Part shown: in pieces, positions 8,547-16,458 of the stretch
Layout of the letters: the number at the start of each line of letters is the position of its first letter
How positions within the stretch are numbered: position 1 is the stretch's first letter
From: Kiritimatiellia bacterium
GTDB taxonomy: Bacteria > Verrucomicrobiota > Kiritimatiellia > CAIQIC01 > Lenti-01
Reading direction: 5' to 3'
DNA: 61,325 nt
NCBI GenBank assembly: GCA_017540905.1
Contig: JAFYAC010000011.1
Location: 1-61,325 of the forward strand
Notes under the pieces: model-generated
Databases searched by the model: none
Told to the model about the DNA's origin: nothing
What the model saw: the letters and a program-made list of their open reading frames with translations, nothing else
Program-made: the position numbers and the translations under genes

Positions 8547-11237
8547 ATGAGCGGACATTCAGGATTCCAGGCCATTGGAAACGGGTACCGGCCGCCGGTC
8601 GTCCCGCCGCAGGTCGGCGGGACCGGCGGGGTGCACAAAGCGCCGCCGTCCGGCGGGGCGTCCGGCGCGGTGGATGAGGGCGGTCTGCCCGGGGAGGGGC
8701 AACCGGTCCGCGCGGACGCGAAATCGCTGTCCGGGAAGCTCGACGCGCTTCTGCTGCGGGCGGCGGAGTACTCCACGAAGGCGGTTTCGGCCAAGAAGGT
8801 TTCCAAGGCCGTGGAGAACACCGGGCTCGCGCGCGGCGAACGGGCGCTCCTGGAAGGGCTCGCTGACCGCGCGGCGGCGAGTTTTGCCGCGCTGTCGCAA
8901 TTCAGCGGCAAGCAGATCGCCGCCGCCCTCATCGCCCGGGAGGGCGCGTTCGAGTGGAAGGAGGGCGACGCCGTCGCGTCCGCCATCCGCCAGGCGCTCG
9001 ACGACCAGGCGGAGCTGGCCGAGGCCCTTCACGGGCTCGCGAACGATCCGCGCGTGATGGGGGGCGCCTTCGAGGCGGTATGCGACCAGGCGCTCGCGGC
9101 GGACCGGCGGCAGAGCGAGATCTTTTCCCTGGCGGTCGAGCTGGCGGACGCGGTGCAGAATGCCGGGAACGATCCGGCGCTCAACGCGCGTCTCGACGCG
9201 AAGCTCGCGGAGCTCCTGCCGCGCCAGGCGCTCTCGATGCACGGCAACGAGGCGGCCATCGAGCAGCTCAAGACCAAGCTCCAGCCGCTCGCCGACCGCC
9301 TGGAGGCGTTCAAACAAAAGCCCGACGCCTCGATCTCGGGCGAGGAGTTCGCCGCGTACTCGCTGGAAGTGGCGGAGGCCGAGAACGCCCTCGCGCGCGG
9401 CATCGCCGAAGGCTTCCCCACGGGCGACGGCGGCCGCTGGGAGCCCGACCACGCCTTCCTGTCGGCCGCCAAGGCGCTCGTGGGCGCGGCGAAGCAGTTC
9501 CTCGGCGACGTGCGCAAGGAAATCGGCCTGCGCTCGCTCGCCGCATTCGCGAAGGCCGCGTTCGCGGTCCCGAACGACTTCGTCCCGGCCTACAAGGAGA
9601 ACCTCGACGCCATCCGCCCGCGGTTCCCGCGCCTCGCGGCGGTGGCCGAGCTGCGCCACCGGCTCGACGAACTCGCGAAGCGGTACGTCGAAAAGCCGGA
9701 CGACCGCCTCCTGTCCCGAATGGAACAGGCCGCGAAGGAGATGGCCGCCATCGGCGAGCCCAAGCTCCGCGAGGAGCTCAAGTTGCTGCGCGCGATCGGC
9801 CCCCGCCAGTTCCCGGACATGACCGACGACGACTGGACCGCGTTCACGGCCGAGATGTCCCACGCGTCGGGGATGGTCTCGCAGGTCGTCCACTTCAAGC
9901 TGATGGCGAGGAAGATCGACCACGGGATGTCGCCCGAGCAGTTCCTCTCCACCTCGTCGGCGCGCCTGCTGGTGGAGGGGCGGTTCTCGTTCTCCTCGCT
10001 CGTCGAGACGCGCATCCACGGGATGCCCGACGCCGACGTGGACCCCACGATCGACGACACCCACATGACCGCTTCCACCCCCCTCGGCCGCGGCAACACC
10101 AGCGCCGTGTCGCTGGTGGAATACGACGACGGGCGGGAATTCGTCTTCAAGCCCGAGGCCCAGGGCCGGCTGGGCATGGGGTCGCTGCAGCTCAGCCAAG
10201 GCTACGAGCCCACGGTCAAGGTCGCCGACCTCAACATCGCCACCCAGCGCACCGCCGACGTCCTGGGGCTGGACGACATCATGCCGCATTCCACCGTCGG
10301 CTCCCACAAGGGGCGGTTCGGCGTGTTCATGGAGAAGGCGCCGGGCGCGGAGGCGGCGGCGTTCGCCGAGGGCAAGGCCAAGACCGGCCCCGGCAAGCTC
10401 TCCGCGTCGCAGGTCCGCCGGCTCCAGGACGCCGACCACGCCAAGGTCGCCGGAGAGCTCCTCCGCAAGACCAACCGCCTCGAATGGTTCGACCTGATCA
10501 CCGGCCAGGGCGACCGCCACGGCCGGAACTACATGGTGGACGTCGGCGACGACCTGACCGTCGAGGTCAAGGCCATCGACAACGACCAGTCCTTCCCCGC
10601 CTACCGCACGGGCCTGCGGACCTACCGGCTCGAAGGCGCCGCCGCCGGGATTTTCCTCTCGAAGATGGATGCCGTCCTCAAGGCCTATCCCGCAAAATAC
10701 CACGACGAAATCCGCAACCGCCTCGCCGCCGACCCCGGCATCCGGAAGTTGCCGGGCGGGGCGCTCTCCATCGACCCGACCCAGTTCAAGAACGCCGAAC
10801 TCCACTGGGTCCTCAAGGAGGCCGTCGGGCTGCACGGCACGACCATCCCGGACTTCATCGACCAAGACCTCTACGACCGGTTCCAGACCCTCAAAGCCGG
10901 CCCCGCCCGCGACCGATGGATCGCCGACCTGCGCGCCCGCCTGCCGGAGGCCGCCGTCACCTCCGCCATCGCGCGCCTCGACGAGGCCATCGCCCACGCC
11001 GAATCCCTCAAGAAGGCCGGCCGCGTCGTCGCCAAGGCCGACTTCGCCAAGCGCGACGTCCAGTCCCGGCTCCTCGCCCCGCAGCTCGCCGCGCCCCCGT
11101 ACCCCATCCAGCCGACCGCCGACAAGCGGTTCCAGGTCCAGTCCGGCGATCTGCAGACCCATGCCGTCCGCCAGACCCGCTCCCTATTCCGGCGCGACCT
11201 CTTCTCCGCCATCTACAAAAAAGGCTGGCTCCAATGA
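8547..11237 (+). CDS. Atypical kinase-fold protein (PI3K/PI4K/HipA-like C-terminal domain), effector-like
   Basis: LGRGNTSAV Gly-loop, FVFKPE, GQGDRHGRNYMV catalytic loop and KAIDND; long helical N-terminal half; no signal peptide. Confidence 0.7.
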   Translation: MSGHSGFQAIGNGYRPPVVPPQVGGTGGVHKAPPSGGASGAVDEGGLPGEGQPVRADAKSLSGKLDALLLRAAEYSTKAVSAKKVSKAVENTGLARGERALLEGLADRAAASFAALSQFSGKQIAAALIAREGAFEWKEGDAVASAIRQALDDQAELAEALHGLANDPRVMGGAFEAVCDQALAADRRQSEIFSLAVELADAVQNAGNDPALNARLDAKLAELLPRQALSMHGNEAAIEQLKTKLQPLADRLEAFKQKPDASISGEEFAAYSLEVAEAENALARGIAEGFPTGDGGRWEPDHAFLSAAKALVGAAKQFLGDVRKEIGLRSLAAFAKAAFAVPNDFVPAYKENLDAIRPRFPRLAAVAELRHRLDELAKRYVEKPDDRLLSRMEQAAKEMAAIGEPKLREELKLLRAIGPRQFPDMTDDDWTAFTAEMSHASGMVSQVVHFKLMARKIDHGMSPEQFLSTSSARLLVEGRFSFSSLVETRIHGMPDADVDPTIDDTHMTASTPLGRGNTSAVSLVEYDDGREFVFKPEAQGRLGMGSLQLSQGYEPTVKVADLNIATQRTADVLGLDDIMPHSTVGSHKGRFGVFMEKAPGAEAAAFAEGKAKTGPGKLSASQVRRLQDADHAKVAGELLRKTNRLEWFDLITGQGDRHGRNYMVDVGDDLTVEVKAIDNDQSFPAYRTGLRTYRLEGAAAGIFLSKMDAVLKAYPAKYHDEIRNRLAADPGIRKLPGGALSIDPTQFKNAELHWVLKEAVGLHGTTIPDFIDQDLYDRFQTLKAGPARDRWIADLRARLPEAAVTSAIARLDEAIAHAESLKKAGRVVAKADFAKRDVQSRLLAPQLAAPPYPIQPTADKRFQVQSGDLQTHAVRQTRSLFRRDLFSAIYKKGWLQ

Positions 11238-11692
11238 GCGAAGACCGCGCCGAAACCATCGCCCTCCTCCGCCAGGCCCTCGCCTCCTTCGAAGCGGGCG
11301 GCGACCCCGTCCCCTACGCGGCGGGCCACGGCCTCCAGAGCCGGCGGTTGCGCTTCGAGTGGGACGAGCCCGTGCTGTCCATCGACCTCGACCTGCCGAT
11401 CGACCGCGTCCTTTCCGACGAAGACACCCAAGCCGCCGACGCCGCCGAAGCCGCCGCCGCCCTCCGCATGGCGCTGCTGCTGCTGACCGCCGCCGAGGAA
11501 GGCCTCCTGGCCGTCGACGGCGAAGCGCGCCTGGCCGTCGCCCACGACGGCGAAACCGCCTCCTGGGCCTCCTACGCCCCCGACGGAGAACTCCTGGCCG
11601 ACGGCGACGACTGGGCACCCCTCGTCGCCCGCCTCGCCACCGCCTTCCACGACACCTCCGACTCCCCGGCCGTCACCGTCATCTGGCCCTGA
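11234..11692 (+). CDS. Small acidic hypothetical protein coupled to the kinase
   Basis: ATG 11234 overlaps the kinase TGA (ATGA); 152 aa, Asp/Glu/Ala-rich (MSEDRAETIALLRQ...). Confidence 0.7.
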   Translation: MSEDRAETIALLRQALASFEAGGDPVPYAAGHGLQSRRLRFEWDEPVLSIDLDLPIDRVLSDEDTQAADAAEAAAALRMALLLLTAAEEGLLAVDGEARLAVAHDGETASWASYAPDGELLADGDDWAPLVARLATAFHDTSDSPAVTVIWP

Positions 11693-11804
11693 CGGCGCCC
11701 GCGGGGGGAACATGGGCGGAATTGCCACGGCATCCGTTTGCGCATGAGGCGGGGATGATAGTGGACCCACCTCTGGAATCCCACGAATGCAAGGCACAAG
11801 GAGG

Positions 11805-11965
11805 GCGGACGCGCAGAAGCGCGTCCCTCCCCCGGAGGTGCGGCTTTCAGCCGCGCCATGGACTTGGACATTGGGCTCGGAAGGATGCCGCCCTCCCGGA
11901 GAGGCGCAAGACCTTCTGAACAACCATCGCGCGACTTCCGGAGGTGCGGCTTCCAGCCGCGCCGC
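11805..11965. repeat. Cluster of GGAG-type REP-like palindromes (variant families)
   Basis: ggacgcgcagaagcgcgtccctccc and two copies of ggaggtgcggctt(t/c)cagccgcgcc; related copies at ~37487 and ~50028. Confidence 0.65.
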
Positions 11966-12187
11966 TGGATGGGAGAGCATAGGGAGACATGGACATTTTC
12001 GGCCGCTTTTCCATCTCCATGCCCCTCGCGTGCGGGCCGCCCGCGCCCCCGGAATCCACCTGCTTTTCCATCCGTTTCCCCCGCAATGTCCGCCCGCAGG
12101 ACGCACCGCCCGCTCCTACTCGTCACTTGTCACTGCGCCGGCCCTTTTGGATTGCCAAGCGCCCTCCCGCCGCGCATTCTTCCCTCC

Positions 12188-13573
12188 ATGCCCCCGTCCT
12201 CCACATCCACGACCGCCCCCCAAGCCGCCACCTACACGCAAGGCCCCATCGGCCGCACCATGATCCGCACCGGCTTCGCGATGCTGGCGGGGTCCCTCGC
12301 CGTGCACGGCTACCACCTGGCCGACGCCTGGTTCATCGGCCACCTCCCCGGCGCCGAGCCCCTGGCCGCGATGGGCTACACCCAGCCGCTCGTCATGCTC
12401 GTCGGCTGCCTCCTGCGCGGCTTCACGGGCGGCCTCATGATCACGACCGCCCACGCCATCGGCGCCGGCGACGCCCCCCGCGCGCGCCGTCTTGTTGCCG
12501 CCGGCATCGTCCTCAACGTCATCCTCGGCATCGCCCTCATGCTTCTCGGCATCCGCGCCGGCCGCCCCGTCCTGCACCTCTTCGGGGCCACCGGCGAAGC
12601 CCTGTCCCTGGCCCTCGGCTACATGGACATCTGGTACGCCGGCATCCTCACCGCCGCCCTCTCCATGATGGGCAACGACCTGCTGATCACCGTCGGCGAC
12701 GCCCGCATGGCCAGCGCCGCCATGATCCTCGGCATGGCGCTGAACATCCCGCTCGACGCCCTGCTCATCTTCGGCGCGGCCATCCCCGGCACCCCCTGGA
12801 CCGTACCCGCGATGGGCATCCGCGGCGCCGCCCTCGCCACCGTCCTCGCGCAGGGCGTGGGGATGGCCTTCGTCCTCTGGCTCCTCCACCGCCGCCACCG
12901 GATGCTGGCGTTCCGCGGAGTGACCCTGCGCCCCCTCCTCTCCGCCTGGCGCACGATTTCCCGCTACGCGATCCCGTCCATCCTCGGCATGATGCTGATG
13001 CCGGCCGGGCAGGCGGTCCTCACGCGCGTGACGGCGGCGTTCGGCGACATCGCGGTCGCGGCCACCGCCGCCATCGGGCGTCTCGAAGGCATCGCGTTCG
13101 TCTTCCCGATGGCGCTGGGCATCTCGCTCTCCCCGATGGTGAGCCAGAACTACGGTGCCCGCCGCTACGACCGCATCCACCAGTGCCGCCGCTTCGCGAT
13201 GCGCTTCGCCCTGCTGTTCCTCGGGACCATGTCCGTCCTCTACGCCTTCGCGGCCCCCGTCCTCGCGCGCGCCTTTTCGAGCGACCCCGAGGTCGAGCGC
13301 CTGATGGTCCTGGGCCTGCGCATCATCCCGTGGGGATTCGCGTTCGTCGAGATCCACCGCTACACCGGAATGTTCTTCACCGGCTGCGCGAAACCCGCGG
13401 CGGCCGCCTGGTTCAACGCCTTCCGCATCGTGGGTCTGCTGATCCCCTTCTCCCTCCTCGCGATGGCCTTCCATTGGCTCCCCGGCCTCTTCCTGGCCCG
13501 CGTGGCGGCCGACCTCCTCGCCGGCGCCACCGGCTGGTACCTCACCCACCGCCTCACCAAATCCCTCGCCTGA
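12188..13573 (+). CDS. MATE family efflux transporter
   Basis: About 12 TM helices; YHLADAWFIG, MGIRGAALAT and SQNYGA...R motifs; start re-called at ATG 12188. Confidence 0.9.
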   Translation: MPPSSTSTTAPQAATYTQGPIGRTMIRTGFAMLAGSLAVHGYHLADAWFIGHLPGAEPLAAMGYTQPLVMLVGCLLRGFTGGLMITTAHAIGAGDAPRARRLVAAGIVLNVILGIALMLLGIRAGRPVLHLFGATGEALSLALGYMDIWYAGILTAALSMMGNDLLITVGDARMASAAMILGMALNIPLDALLIFGAAIPGTPWTVPAMGIRGAALATVLAQGVGMAFVLWLLHRRHRMLAFRGVTLRPLLSAWRTISRYAIPSILGMMLMPAGQAVLTRVTAAFGDIAVAATAAIGRLEGIAFVFPMALGISLSPMVSQNYGARRYDRIHQCRRFAMRFALLFLGTMSVLYAFAAPVLARAFSSDPEVERLMVLGLRIIPWGFAFVEIHRYTGMFFTGCAKPAAAAWFNAFRIVGLLIPFSLLAMAFHWLPGLFLARVAADLLAGATGWYLTHRLTKSLA

Positions 13574-13742
13574 TTCCCCTTCCAAAAAGCCAATCCGCGC
13601 GCACGCCTCCCCCCTTGGTTGGCCCGCGAACATCCCGACCGACCGCCCCGGACGGTACATTTTTTTCGCCCCCCCTCGCAGATTGTGGTAATGGAGAGAG
13701 GATTGGAAGCGACAATGTAGGTATGACCCGGAGAAGCACGCC

Positions 13743-14756
13743 ATGAAAGCACGATTCCGACTCGCCGCCGCCACCGCCGTCCTCGCGCTGGTGCTTGCCG
13801 CCGCCGCCGGCTGCGCCACCCGCGGCGCCCGCACGGCCAACTCCGGCGTTCCCGCGCCCGTGGCGGACGCCGAATGGCATTCGCTCGTCAAGAGCGGACG
13901 CGCGGCTTTCCTGCGCAACGACTTCAAGGCGGCGCTGCCGCTGTTCGCCTCCGCCGCCAACCGCTCGCGGGCGCTCGACGACCCCAACGGGCTCGCCGTC
14001 GCGCTGCTCGACCAGGCGCGGTGCCTGGAGGAATTGGAAATAGTGGACATCCTCGCTGCCCGCGACAGAGAGGCGTCCACCGCCACCTCGGTCGGCAGGG
14101 AGGATTCGTTCATGACGGAACGATTGCGCCTCCTGGACGATCTCCGCGCTTTGCGCCCCGACCTCCGCCTGTCCATCAAGAGACGCGCCGAGCTCGATGT
14201 CGCGGTCGCCGGTTTGCCGCGGGAGTGGACCGAATTGGCCGAGATCGTGGACCGCACTCCACCTGACGTCCTTTCTCCTGCCGACCGCGCCCGCCTTCTC
14301 TTCGCCCGCATCGAGCCATTGGATCCAGACGACCCAGCCGCCGCCTGCGACCTCCTGAAGGAGTGCCCGCCCGATGACGAACTTCCGCCCTCCCTGCGTG
14401 CCTGGCGGCAAATCATGAGCATCCTGTATTGCGGGGCCGACGAACTCGAAACCCTCGAATCCGTCGTGGCCATCTATCGTGAGGCCGGGCGCGCCGACGG
14501 GGTTGCTTTTGCCCTGTCCAGCGACATTTATCAGTCTATCCGCTCCCCTGACCCCGTGCATGCGGGCGACATGCTCCTCCGTGGTGCCGCCACTTGCCAC
14601 GCGCTTGGCTATGTGCACCTTGCCGCCAGCCTTCTCGACCGTGCCGAAGCGGTCGACAATCCGGCCATCCGCGAGCGCACCGAAAAACTGCGCGCGGGCC
14701 TGCGCATTCCGTCCACCCATGATTCCGCCGAACCGAAAGGAGATTCCAAGCCATGA
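13743..14756 (+). CDS. Putative lipoprotein, TPR-like helical
   Basis: Lipobox AAGC; helical repeat-like pattern; stop overlaps the next start. Confidence 0.6.
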   Translation: MKARFRLAAATAVLALVLAAAAGCATRGARTANSGVPAPVADAEWHSLVKSGRAAFLRNDFKAALPLFASAANRSRALDDPNGLAVALLDQARCLEELEIVDILAARDREASTATSVGREDSFMTERLRLLDDLRALRPDLRLSIKRRAELDVAVAGLPREWTELAEIVDRTPPDVLSPADRARLLFARIEPLDPDDPAAACDLLKECPPDDELPPSLRAWRQIMSILYCGADELETLESVVAIYREAGRADGVAFALSSDIYQSIRSPDPVHAGDMLLRGAATCHALGYVHLAASLLDRAEAVDNPAIRERTEKLRAGLRIPSTHDSAEPKGDSKP

Positions 14757-15226
14757 AACAAAACCGATTTTTGCCGGCCGCCGCGCTCGCGTTCGCGCTG
14801 GCCGCCGCCGCGGTGCACGCGGCGCAGATGAGCGTGCAGGTCCAGAACAGCGTCCTGCGCGACAAGGCGTCGTTCCTGGGCAAGCCGGTCGGCAACGTCG
14901 CCTACGGCGACCGCGTGGACGTGCTGGCCTCGCAGGGCGACTGGCGGCAGGTGCGCGCGGCGTCCGGCGCGGCGGGCTGGATCCACGGATCGGCCCTCGA
15001 CAGCAAGCGCGTGACGCTCTCCGCCGCGTCCGGCGGCGACGTCCGGCTCGCGGCCAGCACCGACGAGGTCGCGCTCGCCGGCAAGGGCTTCAGCCAGGAA
15101 GTCGAAACCGCGTACAAGAAGCAGAACCGCTCGCTCGACTACGCGTGGGTGGACCGCATGGCGACCTTCAAGGTCACCGACGCCGAAGCCCTCCGCTTCC
15201 TCCAGGAAGGAGGGCTGGAGCCGTGA
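14753..15226 (+). CDS. Secreted bacterial SH3-domain protein
   Basis: Signal peptide, LRDKASFLG...GDWRQV...GWIH, then VALAGKGF.QEVE. Confidence 0.8.
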   Translation: MKQNRFLPAAALAFALAAAAVHAAQMSVQVQNSVLRDKASFLGKPVGNVAYGDRVDVLASQGDWRQVRAASGAAGWIHGSALDSKRVTLSAASGGDVRLAASTDEVALAGKGFSQEVETAYKKQNRSLDYAWVDRMATFKVTDAEALRFLQEGGLEP

Positions 15227-16131
15227 CCCGCCGCATCGCCGTTGTTTCCGCCTTCGCCGCCGCGCTCGCGTTCGCCCTCGCCGGATGCGACACCGTCAAC
15301 CAGCTCGTCGAGGTCGGCACCAGCGCCGCCGTCGCGTCGGGGCATCTCACCGCCAGCCAGGCGCAGAGCATCAACAAGTCGGCCGCGGCCGTCGTCAAGA
15401 CGTTCGAGGACATCACGCCCGAGCAGGAACACTACATCGGCCGCACCGTCGCCGCCACCTGCCTCTCGCGCTATCCCGCGCAGGACGACGCCCGCCTCAA
15501 CGCCTACCTCAACCTCCTCGGCCAGACCCTGTCGCGGTTCTCCTCGCGGCCAGAGACGTTCGGCGGATACCACTTCCTGCTGCTGAAGTCGGACGACATC
15601 AACGCCTTCGCGGCGCCGGGCGGGCTGATCCTCGTCACGCGCGGCCTCGTGGACTGCTGCGCCACCGAGGACGAACTCGCGGCGGTGCTTGCCCACGAAA
15701 TCGGCCACGTCCAGAACCGCGACGGCCTGCGCGCCATCCGCACCGGACGTCTCAATTCCGCGTTGACCACCCTCGCCGCAGAGGGGGCCAAGAACCTCGC
15801 CGGACCCGAACTCGCCGAGGTGACCGCCGCCTTCGATGAAAGCGTGTCGGAAATCACCTCCACGATGATGAACAGCGGCTACGCCCGCCGCCAGGAATTC
15901 CAGGCCGACGCCGCGGCCGTGGGCATCCTCCGAGCCGCTGGCTATCCGCCGTCCGCCCTCGTCGCCATGCTCCGCAACATGGAAAAGCGCTGGGATCCCT
16001 CCCGCCACGACTTCGCCGCCACCCACCCCTCCCCCTCCGACCGCATCGCCCAGCTGGACAAACTCGTCGCCGCCCCCTCCTCCCCCGCCTCCCCCGTCCG
16101 CACCCGCCGCTTCCTCGCCGCCGCCCGCTGA
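15223..16131 (+). CDS. M48 family zinc metalloprotease lipoprotein
   Basis: GTG start overlapping the SH3 stop; lipobox LAGC; INAFAAPGG, AHEIGH, EFQAD, THP...RI. Confidence 0.9.
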   Translation: MTRRIAVVSAFAAALAFALAGCDTVNQLVEVGTSAAVASGHLTASQAQSINKSAAAVVKTFEDITPEQEHYIGRTVAATCLSRYPAQDDARLNAYLNLLGQTLSRFSSRPETFGGYHFLLLKSDDINAFAAPGGLILVTRGLVDCCATEDELAAVLAHEIGHVQNRDGLRAIRTGRLNSALTTLAAEGAKNLAGPELAEVTAAFDESVSEITSTMMNSGYARRQEFQADAAAVGILRAAGYPPSALVAMLRNMEKRWDPSRHDFAATHPSPSDRIAQLDKLVAAPSSPASPVRTRRFLAAAR

Positions 16132-16174
16132 ACCGCAAAGCCGCTTCTCCCCACCTCTCGCCCTCCCCTTCCCC

Positions 16175-16199
16175 GGGAGGGCCGCGCTTCGTCGCGGCC
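16175..16199 (+). repeat. Single REP-A (GGAG-GGCCGCG-N6-CGCGGCC)
   Basis: gggagggccgcgcttcgtcgcggcc between the convergent M48 and RHS genes. Confidence 0.85.
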
Positions 16200-16458
16200 G
16201 TGCGGTCGGGATACCTCTGGGGCACAGTTTTTCGCTTTTCCGTGTCATTCCTGCAACGGGACGACAATTGGGTGGCTTGCTGCCCCGCCCGTCCACATGC
16301 GGATGGATTGTCCATGGATAGCGAATCCCGCCCATGGTTCTTGCACTTGGACGGGTGAGACACCCGTCTCCCCGGTGCCATGTCCCATTCGGGACATGCG
16401 ATGATTCAGCCCCCTGTAGCCCCACTCATGCCACTTCATGGCAGTCCCTGTTTTGTTA

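Noticed and set aside
8954-11692. 912-aa ORF or programmed frameshift fusion with the kinase
   Set aside because: Only the last 152 codons look protein-like, and they have their own ATG overlapping the kinase stop.
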